A stretch of 41,471 nt of DNA from Conidiobolus incongruus B7586 (GCA_000697335.1 JNEM01013660.1:1-41471), one strand, 5' to 3'. Positions 26,379 through 39,963 are shown, counted from the first letter of the stretch. Made by a program: numbers and translations. The notes: generated from the sequence alone by a model not told the origin.

Positions 26379-27571
26379 TATTCTTATGAAATAAATTATT
26401 TAAATGAAATCATCAATTTAAAATTCAAATGAGAAAAAAATGAAATAATATAATATTTATCGAAACAATATTTAATCAATTTATCAGAGTATATCAATTA
26501 GATCTTTCTTTACAAATAAATGTTCTAACATTTAAGATTTGAACTTAGGATCAAATAAATTTTCAGGATATCTTGATTGAGAAATATCAACTATATAGTT
26601 TATATCTGAGAATTATCAAAAATGATAATAAAGTGGTAGATGTATCATAAAATTAATAACACCATGTTTATTACTAATTTAATCTCTTATTAATTTTTGA
26701 ACAAATATAATAAATAATCAAATTATATTAATTAATCAGATTTAATTTTATCTTGAAAATTTTATTTATGAAATTAATGAAAATTAGTTAGATTAAGATA
26801 GATCAAGATATTGATTAAGTAGTTAATTATCATATCTAAATTTATTAAAGGGAAATATACTTTAAAGTATTTATCACTAGTACTGTAATGTGGATAATAT
26901 TGATAATTATCTCGTACCTGTATCTATCAGATAAATAGTAAACATGAAGGAGTCTATCTAAAGCAACCTTTTATCAGTATTGTCATTACACAAGGTTAAA
27001 GACTATCTAAACAATTGATATAGTGTGAATAATTTTTGTATACATCAATATGATATCAATCAATCGATTAAGGAAATTATTTTTATCAAACATGATCTAT
27101 CTGATAAATTTAAACTTAAATCATAGTTAAACAAGAATATATTCACCAAACCTGGTTATTATGTCAATTTAATTAATTTGACATAAATAAAACTTTTGAT
27201 ATGACTGATTTTTTGAATACAATATATAATGCCAAATATTTGAAATGCTAAATATGTGTCAAAAAATATTGGAAAGCATATTTTCAAAATAATTATTATA
27301 TTAATGATTGTAGGTGACTTGTATTTTATTTATACTACATTATATTTTAATGAGTAAGATATTATCGTACTTGATGATTCTATTATATTCTGAATGTCAT
27401 AATATTTTGCTAATGAGATGATAATGGAAATATGAGTATATTTGAATTATATTAAGTTTTATAATAAGAAACCTAATAAATGAAAGATAAAGTGAATTTA
27501 GATTTATTAGAAAAAACTTCCTTAGTGTAATGATAAAAATGATATTAGCAAATTGATTTTACAAGCGAAAA

Positions 27572-28705
27572 TTAGTAAGAGTAGTTCTTGACATATAAAG
27601 ATTCGCTAGCGGCACCATTGTTAGCACCACCTTGGTAAATACCTTGGCAAGCTTCAGAGTTAGCCTTAGCACGGACTAAAAGAGCCTTTTGAGCTTCAGC
27701 AACGTTTTCCTTCTTACCACCCCAGACCTTGAGGACGGTAGCTTGGAGGGCACGGCCGTAAGAGAAAGTGAGAGCCCAAGGCTTTTCACCGGGAACCTTG
27801 TTCATAGCATTCAAGTGAAGAGTGGCTTCTTCTTCAGATTGACCACCAGACAAGAAAGTAATACCGGGAACAGCGGCGGGAACGGCACGACGAAGGACGG
27901 TAACGGTAGCGAGACCAATTTCTTCAGGAGTATACTTCTTAGGGCAGTCAACACCAGGGCAGACCATGTTGGGCTTGAGTAAAGTACCTTCAAGGTAGAC
28001 ACGGTGAAGGTTCAATTTCTTATAAACTTCGACCAAGACTCTAGTGGTAACATCGACGGCACGTTCTAAATCGTGATCACCGTCCATCAAAATTTCAGGT
28101 TCAACAATGGGAACCAAACCGTTGGCTTGGCAGACGGCAGCATAACGAGCTAAAACATTGGCATTTTCTTCAATGGCAAGTTGACTGGGTTCGTTAGCTC
28201 CAATCTTCAAGACACTGCGCCACTTGGCGAAACGAGCACCTTGTTCGTAGTATTTAGCACAACGTTCAGCGAGACCATCTAAACCAAGGGTAGTGGTTTC
28301 ACCATTGGTTCCAGGGAGAGTGTATACACCCTTGTCAACCTTGATACCAACAATAATACCTTGTTCAGCGAGGACATCAGCGAAGCGCTTACCATCATCA
28401 GTAGATTGATTCAAAGTTTCTTCGAATAAGATGACACCACCAAGGTATTGGTTGAGTTCTGATTAAACAAATTAATTTGACTGTTAAAATAGGTAGAAAA
28501 ATAGAAACTTACCTTTACCAGCAGTGAATAAAAGTTGACGGTAGGCTTGACGGTTGGGTTCAACGTTTTCAACGGAGATAGCAGAGAAACGCTTACCGAT
28601 GGTACCAGTAGATTCATCAGCAGCCAAGATACCCTTACCCTTAGCAACAATGGCTCTGGCAGTTTGAGCTAATTCTTGACGACGATCAGCGGGGGCAGCA
28701 GACAT
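27572..28705 (-). CDS. Fructose-bisphosphate aldolase, class I (359 aa; exons 28705-28513, 28458-27572)
   Basis: [36 protein letters not shown] (Schiff-base Lys), [10 protein letters not shown] and C-terminal Tyr. One 54-nt GT-AG intron and strong codon bias. Confidence 0.97.
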
Positions 28706-28783
28706 TGTGTTAAATTTTTAATTAGTTAACAAAGAAAGTTATTGAATGCTCATGCTTCGTTTTACATTTAAATACTTAATTAC

Positions 28784-28791
28784 TCACGTGA
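28784..28791. promoter_or_regulatory. Palindromic E-box TCACGTGA ~80 nt upstream of the aldolase ATG (candidate bHLH site)
   Basis: Exact 8-bp palindrome in a very AT-rich promoter. Matches the site class bound by Tye7/Cbf1/SREBP-type bHLH factors. Confidence 0.5.
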
Positions 28792-29886
28792 TCAACTGAT
28801 GAGGACTTGATTTTTTAATCAAAAGTTGAGGATTATCTATCATTCATTTTCTACAAATTGTCAATTATATGAAGATAGAACATGTATTATTACATCTATT
28901 TTAGCTGAAATATGATACAATTATATCTATTAATCAGTAAAAAATATTCACCTGTATCACTTGTAATTCATTTAATTGATCTTTTAAAATTTTATCTGTA
29001 TTGTAGATAAAACATTATATAGTATCCTTCTAAAATTGTATTTTGGCCTAGAATATCTTTAATACATCATACTATGTCGAATTTTAGACTATATGGATAG
29101 ATACGTTATTATACATAATAAATTCTTGCCAATGTTGTCTTCAATGTTGTGAGTGATGTCATCAGTAGAATATTTGAGAAGAATCAGTTAGCCAATCAAT
29201 TTCAAGTGAAAATTGTGTTGGAGAGAGGATGGATTGATTAGGACATTAATTAAAAAAGTAAAAAATATCTGAGTCGAATGATCCTTCCATTAAAGGTATA
29301 ATTCATTTGATAATTGTTCGCAAGAATATGTTTTTCTGATTGATTTTGATGTTAAATGAGTATTTTTTTTGGGTTTTTATCCTTATAATAACATGATTAC
29401 ACAGTGGTATATTCTTATTAATATAAAATTATGCTATAATTTTGAATTTTTGAACAATGGCATTTGGTGATATTTATTCAAACTAATCAATATATTTCAA
29501 TACAATAATAATTTATATTATAACCGAAAATATTCATAAAATCGATAATGTATATTTATAAACAATTAATTATTTTATGATGTCTATAATAATTCGAATT
29601 AATTATGAAAAATTAATTTCCCAATAAGCTTCCGTAAAGTACCGAATTACTCAAAAATTGCATCAGTAGTAATTATTTATAGAAACAACTTCAATTGTAG
29701 ATGTGTAAAATAAATATTCAAAGTCATTTAACGCCACTTAAAAGTCACTCATATCACAATGTTGTACGTTGATGCCAAAGAATGCTTTTAAAATCATACT
29801 AATAAATATCACTAGATATACACTTTACTATATGCCTTTATCTTAATATTATTATAATTTCAATTCCAATTTTTAAATATAATCAT

Positions 29887-30466
29887 AAATATGGCACTTA
29901 ATATTAAAAAGTTGAAAAATCATTCTTAATTTTATATTGAATGTAATGGTTGTTAGATATGACTTTATTATATTAAATATTCTAAAGTAACAGCAATAAC
30001 ACTAATATGTTTTATTGGTAAAAAGAAAGATTTTCTTAACAACTCTGAAATCAAAAAAAATAAAAAAAATATAATTAAATAGAATAGTTAAGATATTACG
30101 ATGTAGTACTACATTGAATTTACCTTACAAATAATGCATTTATTTTGATATAGAATTTTGGAAAATACAATGATTTCTGGTGATTAATATGAACTAGACT
30201 CATAAAATAAACTTATATCTCTGATTACTATTAGAAAATTAACTTTAATATTAAAATTTTTAGTTTCGGATTACATTTGCAAACAGGTAAAAATATAGTC
30301 GAATTTGAAAACATAATAGTACAATATAATGTCAAATATAGCTATATGTTAATATATACTTAATGTTTGAATAACAGTTTTATTAAATCTTATTTAATAT
30401 TCATTTTAAAATATGGTATTGTGATGGGATGAGGTGCTTATAATTGATATTATAAGTGCCATATTT
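29887..30466. mobile_element. Possible MITE-like relic bounded by a perfect 14-bp inverted repeat
   Basis: AAATATGGCACTTA (29887-29900) and TAAGTGCCATATTT (30453-30466) flank a non-coding AT-rich interior. Confidence 0.3.
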
Positions 30467-32363
30467 CAACTAAAACTCTGAGTATATTTGCTTTTTCTTT
30501 TAATAACTTGAAATTAATTAATCGTCATGAATTTCTCAGATAAAACTTTATTTGAACACAAATATATAATATAGTAAACTACTATTATTTTTGTTTCAGT
30601 TTAGTTGCAAAATTTAATAATGAAATTTTTATCATATCAATTAAAAAGATAATTCTCATAATTAAAGTTTTTAAAATTGTTAGCTTTATGAATATAAAAT
30701 ATAATTATTTTAACAGCGTTGAATCAATATAAAACAAATAAATAACTATCTTAATTCTATAATTCATATTTATTTTTCAATGTTTTTGTTTTAATAGTGC
30801 TTGAAAATAGTTGAATGAATCATATAGAGGCTGAGAATATATATTATTACACGACACCCTGATCGATATATATACTAATAGCATACCCAGTTTTCTATTA
30901 TTAAAGAAATGTATCTAATTTGAATCTAAAATCTAATATCAGTTAAATTTCTTGTTCTACGTTGAATAGACCTGCTTTCAATCAATCTATGCTGCCTTTC
31001 TTGCACATATTATTTTTGACAAATCCACAAAATTATATTTTATCATTATTTCATATATTATCTTAAAATTAAAAGTACTGACATTTTAAATATTATATAT
31101 GAGATAATTGTCAAAGCATATAATTTTGTTATAATAGATATATATTTATATTTTAATCTTTAGTATTATATGGCTTTAAAAATTAAAACAAATATAAATT
31201 TTTATTTAATTTTGACATGATAATATGTTTATTTCAAATAAAATTGATAATGATATTTGATTTTCATTTCAACATTACCTAATGTAATTTCATATTCAGT
31301 ACGTTGGTTTGATCATACTATTTCATTATAAAAATGCTTTTGATGATATTATTAATTATATCATAATTAATAGAACTAATCTATCTAATATAATTATTCT
31401 TTTTATTCAAATGATAATATTTGCGTTTTAACAAGCCATTTAAATTTAATAAAAATATAAACTAAATTCTGATTCTAGAATTAATATAAGGGATATACAT
31501 AAAAATATTTTACATTCAAACATAATTGCTAATTCCAAATCAAATTAATGAAATTTACAAATGCATTTTTTAAATAATTTTTTGATGTAATGGAAAAAAT
31601 ATAATTTAAAATCAATTTATTTATATTAGATGGAAGATTTGTTTTTTATAGTTTTAAATTATATTTACGTATGGAAATCTGATATATGTATTTTGATTTA
31701 TAAATACAATGCCAATATCATTGGAATTTACAACATAGTGTAATTTAATCAATATGGCACTCACAAATCTTGAAAAATAGTATAAATGTTATGAAAATAT
31801 AAGAAATAGTATAATATATTTATGACAATATTTATAATTAAATATATAAGATTTGGAATAATGAATTAAACAGATTGTTTTTCAGAAAAACGTATATTAT
31901 ATAAATAGTCTAGATTATTAAGAGCTCAAAATATATCAAATATTTACATATTGATTTTCAAATGAATTATAGATACTCTCCATTTAAAAATAAATAATAG
32001 AATAATTGAATTATATTGTAAAGGTGGATAAATATGACATGGAATTTTTATATTAATCAGATTTTGTAACATTAATTTTTAAAAATATATAGAATAATCA
32101 CCTGATTAAATTTGTATATGATTTATACAAAGACTATAGACTATTATAATTCTTAAATTAGATGATGTGTCTAAATATTGACTTTTATTTTAGCTGGACG
32201 AACTGACGAATGATATGATGACAAGCAGTACCATTTTAGGAAATTTCAGTATTATGGGATAAGTAATTTTTAAAAAAAATATATATATACAAGCTAAAGA
32301 AAAAACTATTCATTACTCCAATTAAAATAAAAACAAAGTTTAATATATAAAATATAAATAAAA

Positions 32364-33026
32364 ATGCTTGGTGTTGTGTTATTTTACTTTCTTGGATGGA
32401 CTGTAGTATTTGGTACTTTTGTTCGTTTTTATCATAAGAATAAGGCTACAGGTATGTTTATTAGTAAAATTTTTAGTTTTAATAATTATTAATTGAATTT
32501 AGCTGCCTCAAAAGTCAAGCCTTGGTTCGATAATTGGAAAAGTCGTGATATTTACATTGCTTTATTACAATCCGAAAGCCCTGATGAATACTTACTCAAA
32601 GCTGCTTTACTTAGAAGAGCAATGACTGTTGTCACCAGAGTGCTTCAAATGCGTGAACAAAGACCACCTTTAAGTAAGCTTTTGAAACAAGGTTCTATTG
32701 GTGAGGATGTTTGGAATTCTTTCCAAAGAGCTGAAGAAGAATTAGAACAAGAAGTTATGGAAGTTATTCAAGAAGCTGAAACTTTTAATCAAGGATGGGG
32801 CAAATCCATTTATCAAACCGCTTCCGAGATGATTGCTCATGAAAAATTACGTACTACCCAAATTGACTTTGAACGTTTAAGAGCTGCTGAGCGTGAAGTA
32901 AATATCCAAAGGGCAATCTGGAAAAAGGAATTAGATCAAGCTCAACTTGAAATGAAAGAAAAAATTTCAGCTGCTACTGCTCAAGAATTGATTGAAGAAG
33001 AGAACCAAGCTCGTAAGCGTAAATGA
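32364..33026 (+). CDS. SEC66: ER translocation Sec62/63 complex subunit Sec66 (Sec71) (~203 aa; exons 32364-32451, 32503-33026)
   Basis: N-terminal TM helix, then PWF...RDIYIALL...LLKAALLRRA...LLKQGSIGEDVW...EAETFNQGWGKSIYQTASEM. Confidence 0.92.
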
Positions 33027-34202
33027 ATAATTTAAATTAGCAAATGAATGTGATGTTTTAATATAATTCAATCATGAAGCACATGTTTTTATAAACAAAT
33101 ATCTAATCAACTTAGCATCTAAATTTTATGTTATAATTATCAAACTTATCAGTTAGTTAAATATAATAGCTAATGCTTATTGCAATCAATAAATTCATTT
33201 TCATATGATTTTTCAGAGTATTGATCTAAAAATTTCAGTCATTAACTATTCCAATAGACTAATTTACTTAGTCTTGATATTCTACACGTTTAATCAATTA
33301 AATCAAACTTTTTATTTCTAGATATAATGATATTGTGAAATATTACAGATAGCTTACAAAAATATTAAATATACCTCAAAAACTATTTAGCTTTATTATA
33401 TATTATATTAATTTATCAATTGATCATCAACTTTATAAGTACAAATACATTATTCATTTACTCCTTTTTCCTATTTAATTTTTAATATATCAAAGCGTAT
33501 AACAAGCCATTTAAACTAATATAATTATGAATAATTAATTATTTTAATCAACTTATAAATACATAGTATACATAACTTTCGAATAATTATACTCTAATTT
33601 CAATGATCATGATTTATTTTTGAAGATAAAGTAGAAAAATTAATTTGAATTATTTTGTGAATTATCTAATAATATTGAAAAAGCATTGATAAATAAATTA
33701 CTTAGTTATTATATTGGTATGTCAAATATTTTATAATCTCTGTATTATAATTTTAACATATTATTCCTCATAACCCATTACCTAACATCAATATTAAGAC
33801 AATTTAATTATAATTTAATTAGCTTAAAATTATTTTTAATATTAATAGATATGACTTGTACCAATAATATAAAACACAAATAAAAATGATTATATTTGAA
33901 AATTCTTATTGGTTGATATCAAATGTTCTAATAATATTACACATATTTGCTAAAAATAGTTATTAATTGCTCTTTATTGCTTGTGAATTGATAATAATTT
34001 TATTGAATGATAAAATTTGAAATTTATAAATAAATTTATCCCATATTTTTTTAGTAATAAATTGATTTGAAAAATGTGTTATTAATCAAAATAAAACAAG
34101 CCAAATTTATTAATTAATGCGTGCATAATATCAAATTTTGATTATTCAATTATATTATCATCATTTTTTCATTTTTAAATAACATAACTAACTTTCATAA
34201 TT

Positions 34203-37200
34203 ATGAAAGATCTCTCTTTGCTTTTACCTTCACAGTATCATCGTCTTTCTTCTTCGCAAAAAACAATACTTGTGACTGTGACAGCTATTATTCTCTCTTC
34301 TAGATTAAGCCTCTATTTCATTGTGCTTCTGATAGGTTTGCTGTTTGGTTATTTTTTAAGTATTAGTTCAGAGCCAGAGGTTTATGAAAATAGTAGCTTA
34401 GCTAAAAAATTTAAAGAACTTCAAAAAAGCTTAATTTTTTCTAATATAGAGGTATATCCACTATATAATAATAACTCGAGTGACTAATTGTGTTGCTATA
34501 GAGTGAGTTTAGTTACCACGAATTGGATATATCTCCCAAGTTAAATCTAGAAATACAGATTTTGAGGGATAAAATAGTAGAAAACTACATTAATTACTGG
34601 TATGATACATTAAATTTTTCAAATTCTCCAGATTTTGAAAATTGCATTAAATCGAATCTGAACCATGTTGTATCTAATTTTCGAAACCATATCGAATCAT
34701 ATCATTCTAATTTAGTTGTTTTAATGGTCTTTGCTATATGTAATACATTCATTATTCATGTTAGAGAATATCGCATTTTGGAGGCTTCAAATTTAACCTT
34801 TGAGGAATTTATTTCAAAATTCCCCAATTCGTGTTTTACAGAAATGTCTAGTTCAAAATTGCAAGCCCGACTAATGAAAGATCTATCTCTGTTTATTATG
34901 CAAAAATTATTACCTGAAAAGGAGATGAATAGCAAAGCGCTTCAACTACTGCTCAAAGAAATTTTAGCTGGTTCTGTTCTAGATCCTATAATTGATATGA
35001 TCAGCGAGCCAGATTTCATTAATCAATTAATTATATCTTCATTTGCACCTAAAAACATTCAAGATACAGAAATCAATCCAAAGAATGATCTCTCAGCCAA
35101 CAAATTTAGAGTAACTGTCATTGAAGCGAGACAGGTTTTTAGTTCAACAGCTGAAGGTAATTATTTTGCAACGGGTATTAGTAGCTTAGTCTGAACCAGA
35201 TACTAGGTTTATATTGTAGCATACAACATAGCGGTCAAAGATTTCGAACAAAAGTTCTTCCACCAGAATCCAACCCCGTTTGGTACCAATCTTTTGAATT
35301 GTAATCATATATTATTCCTATTACCTTAATATTTTGATTAAATATCTTAATTTCAGGAAATGGGATGCAAATCCTCGCATTAAGGGCGGACTCACTGTAA
35401 CCTTGTATGAAAAGAACAGCTTTTCAAAGAGTAAGAGCAATATTCCAGCCATTTGGATATTTTACTAACTGTGGTTAGATAACATTGTGGGCTATGTGTT
35501 CATTAGTAGAGATCACTTGAAATCAGAGAAGCTGATCCGTGATTGGTTTTTCCTTGATCCTGCAGTGGATCGGCTCAATAAGGCTCCTACATGTCCTGAG
35601 ATACTTCTTGAGATATCATTGAACCTATCTTCTGAAGACGACAACAAGAACATAAGCATTGTTAATTATGATTCCACTAATTTTAAAAGTGAAACCATCT
35701 CTCTCAGTCTCTCCGATGTTCTATATCAAGGTCATGCACTGGCTGAATTTATGCAGTTTCTAGATGAAATCGGTGCACCGCCATTTTTAAGATTTTGGAT
35801 GAATGCGCATAGCTTTTTTTCTCATAGCCAGAACGATGACAGCAGTATCAAAGAAGATGCACTAGTTTTATACAATTTACACTTTGGAAGCAGCCCAAAG
35901 TTTCCTGTTCCGATTAGTCAAGATATTCTGGATAGGATTAACTCAGACATTTATATATCCCCGACACCAACAATCTTTGAAGAAGCGAAAAAATCAGTTG
36001 AAGATATTCTTAAAGTTCCTTTCTTCAGAGAATTCAAGCTTAGTCCATATTTTGAAAACTTTAGTAGGGATTTTTGTCAAGACTCTTTGCAAGATGGCTC
36101 CGAAGATAGTCAGCCTTCAGAGACTCAAAATAGTAATAACCAACCAGAGATACCGGATTCAAATAATGAACAGTCAAACATGTGTTCTGGGGCACTTAAT
36201 ATCGAATCCGAGTCCAAATCTACACCAAATCATGGTCTAAAAATCTCACAGGATTTTGGAAGATCGGACAGCGAAACAGCCAGCAGAGTAGAATCATTGG
36301 CAGATATCACATATGATCAAGATAGGGAAATCATTCTTGCTACTCAGCTTGCATCGTTGAATGAGCAATTAGCTGTAGTGGAAGATAAATTAGATCAAAA
36401 GAATACCAATAAGGCAGAACACAAAAAGTTGAAGCAATCAGCAACAAGTTTGAAGAGTCAGATACGAAATGTCGAACAAATGGTGCACGATGCTAGTGTC
36501 GAACATTCTCAAAATCTTTCCAATGGCGCATATATTAATCTCAAGGGTATTCGAGTCAGAATCAGCCCGGTCGTTCAGTCCAATTCGCAATCGGTTACCT
36601 CCAAAGCATCCACATTCATCCAGAATCTGGCTATTCCATCCGAAAGCTCCAAGCTTTTCATTTTGGAGATCGAATCCCAGAATGATGACTCAGGATGGAT
36701 GGTCACTCGGTCCTTCGCCGACTTCATAAACCTGCACAACGCCCTCTGCAGTGAATTTCCCAAAGTTCAGAAAATGCAGTTTCCCAATCGTCAGTGGTCT
36801 TTGCTGGGCATTAACCAGAGCAGCAAACTGCACCAAGAGCTCGAAGCCTACATCACCCGTCTGATCATTGACCACCTCTTGTGCCAGACCACTGCACTTC
36901 AGAACTTTTTCAAGCCCGATCATATGACTATTCCTAAGTCATTTTTGCCTAGCCTCGGCTTTGACAAACTCAAGACCTCTATAAGGCCCACGCGGAGCTA
37001 TTCTGAATCGGCCATTTCGCGTGAGGCACATCATCGCTCGCCTTCTATCTCGGCCTCGATCGTGGATGCCAGCTCTCCATCCAGTTCTAAAGCGCCATCG
37101 ATTCTCATCGACGAGTTAGATCCTGGCCATTCTCCCATACTTTCAGAATCATCCACATTAGCAACGCCACAGCCTTCATCCAATGACCGATCTCTTGGCC

Positions 37201-37802
37201 ACATCTCATCTCAGATCCAAAGCTTGCTCGATTCGGATATTGATCTCCTCATCGAAAGCTTCTTTGGAGTGTTCCATGAGCTGTTCGATCTCGACACTGG
37301 AAAGCGATGGCTCAGACGTAAGGCTGTTCAGATGTTTAAACAGATGATTCGTCAGTCATATGGCTTCACCGTCAAAAAATACTTGGTTGACGCTGCACAA
37401 GTTTATGAATCAGAGGATTATCTTCTCTATATTATTAAAAACATTACTGCCACCCTATTTCCAGAAGATCCCAACTATACTCCCGTCATTCGAACTGAAG
37501 TTGAAAAGCAAGACACAAGGCGATTGGCTAAGCAGATATTTGTCAGCTGCATGCCTTCATGGATCTCTACAATTGTTGGTGATTCCAATGGCACCGTTGC
37601 AATGTCTAGGCTATTCAACTTACTTCAGTATAAGCAATTGAATCGTCAATTGTTTTTACAGCTTATAGAAAATAATATCAAACTCATCCTCAGCGAAGAT
37701 ATCAGTTCAACAAGCATCAAATCAGAAGGTCTTTCCACTATATCCGACCATTATTTAAATTCTGAAGAATTGGATTTAATATCTAATCCAATTCATTTGT
37801 AA
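34203..37802 (+). CDS. Mdm1/SNX13-14-25-type sorting nexin: TM hairpin-PXA-C2-RGS-coiled coil-PX-PXC (~1131 aa; exons 34203-34451, 34502-35156, 35207-35300, 35357-35430, 35479-37802)
   Basis: PXA (IVENYINYWY...LLKEILAGSVLDPIIDMISEPDFINQLI), RGS (LSDVL...FMQFLD...LRFW...F.EA...F.EFKLSPYF), PX (GWMVTRSFADFINLH...LEAYI...LQNFF), Nexin_C (ELFDL...WLRRKAV...RLFNLLQYKQLNRQL). Confidence 0.88.
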
Positions 37803-38620
37803 TAATAAATCAAATATATAATATAATACATTCACTATTTACCAATAAGTTATATTTATCCAATTGTGTTTTAAAATATAGTATCAATTCAATTATATGA
37901 TTTAAGCAATTATAATAGTTCATAATGATATAATTATAAATGTTTATTACATCTTGAAGCTATGTATATTATAATTGTTGATAAATTTCAAATATCAGGA
38001 TTTTTCAAATACCTGATGTTTAATTAATTTTAATATATAATAATTCCTTAGATAATTGCTCTAGTTTATTTAGTATCATAAAAATATTTAAATGATATTT
38101 AAATTATTTTTTAGTCATGTTGTAAATGGGCAAATAGAAATATTATATAGATATAATTCTGAAATATAAGCTGAATAAAATTCTCTACATTTTAAAATTT
38201 ATTATTTAATAATAAAATTTCATCTAAATACAAACCATTAATATTTCAGTCATTTTTTAGATTGTCAAATGTCCCTGATATAACTCAGGTATTTATAATA
38301 TTGTTTGAATACAAATAATATTAATTCAATTCTTACATGTGAAATACAATTTGAATATTTAGTAACTAGTAACAAAACTTTATAAAATATTATTTATTTA
38401 TTAAAAATACACATTATGGATAAAAATATAGGGATATTGTATTATTCAATTGAGTGAAAGTATTAGAATAATTTGAAATGCTTTATCTTATATCAATATC
38501 CCATTAATATTATTAAACTTGGTATTATAATTAAGTCGAAATGGATTTGGCTATGGCTAAAGTCCAAAGAATGATGATAAATTAATGGTGTTTTTAAGAA
38601 TATAGGATTAGACTATTATC

Positions 38621-39963
38621 TCAACTGCGAGATATGGGATCGACATGGTTAACATATTGACCATTTTCAATATCAACTCGTTCTCTCCAATTGACATAGC
38701 ACTCAGGTACTGATAAACACAATACATCCCAGCAATTATAAACGATGTTCCCTTTATCAAATGGATTGATTGGTTTATGAGGTGTGATCATAACTGAATT
38801 TCTGATTTTTTCATGCGTTGTCAAATTAATGGAAACGAGATAACAGTGGAAACCAAATAAAGCACCAACAGAGTTAGTAAAAACAAAGCTATAAATACAA
38901 AGAGCCATGCTCACGGGGATTCGTTGGAGCGTATCAGCAAAACCAAAATAATCGGGGGATTCGGATAGCTCCAAGTTAAATAGATAAAGATGAAGGATAC
39001 TGAAGACTAGAGTATAAATGGCAAGTGTCGTGGTAAAAAATAAAAATAAGAAAAAATATCGATAGTTTCGCCTTCCAATGCAGTTATTCAACCAAACGCA
39101 ATGGTGATCTTCATTTTCAACACAGTTATCGCATTGGCGACAATGTGAACTCCTCGGAACTCTATAAATATGACACGTTTCACAATATTTTAATTTTACA
39201 TCAACCCCATTTATATTCACTATTCTGACGGAGTGAAGTGCTGGAGGTGCGCCTGAAGGGTCCGGCTGAAGTTCATCAGCAAATTCCGGATGAATCTTAC
39301 GTATTTGTTCCATATCTCGGGGTAGTATCTAAATAAAAACAAATAAATGAGATATTCATATTGGATAAAAGTTGTATTACTCCCGGATCAGATAAAGAAG
39401 TTTTAAACATAAGTGCGAGTGTTTGTAGCAAAATATAACCGTGTACTATCGGTACAGCAGGACTTAATTTATACCATAAATAGGGCGATCTATAAAACAT
39501 GTTGGTTCATTTGAATAAATCAACAATTGAATTATGCTTACACAAAACTGCAGAATAGCCCCGAAGGAATTATTATCAAAGATATAGCTAGAATAAATAA
39601 CCAGGGTTGATTTCCTGTAACTATTCTGCCTTTAAGCAAAAATTTATTATTTGAAGGGTAAACTCTATATAGTCGAGGTGGTTTTCCATTGGGTTTCAGT
39701 TTGATATTTTGAGTAAGTCCTTCTTGGGAAATTGTGGAAGACGTAGCTAATTGTTGTGTGGAGGAAGTCATTTTAGAATGCTGAAAACTTGGTTGGGGGG
39801 TTTGTATACTAGGATGAAGATAATTGTCTGGATGATTTTGGGATATTGAATTATTAGTAGATTTGATAGGAAGCTCTAGAGATGAATCAGGAGAAGCAGT
39901 ATTAGGGGGAGGCTCTAGCGGGGATAAAGGGGAATGTGGCCCAGGTGGCAGTTTATTAGACAT
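38621..39963 (-). CDS. ERF2: DHHC palmitoyltransferase, Erf2/ZDHHC9 type (~412 aa; exons 39963-39542, 39489-39381, 39328-38621)
   Basis: [85 protein letters not shown]. Confidence 0.92.

Noticed and set aside
27689..28650. Overlapping ORFs in the aldolase gene; possible stop read-through to a cryptic PTS1
   Set aside because: The ORFs are shadows of codon bias. The stop is TAA rather than TGA-CTA, and the extension (FSLVKSIC) has no SKL-type end.
31751..33510. SEC66 captured inside a transposon
   Set aside because: The flanking GGC/GCC motifs are not complementary to each other, and the gene is an intact housekeeping locus.
1024..39963. U12-type (minor) introns or an altered genetic code
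   Set aside because: No modelled intron has an RTATCCTT donor or AT-AC ends, and all genes can be assembled in the standard code without stop reassignment.
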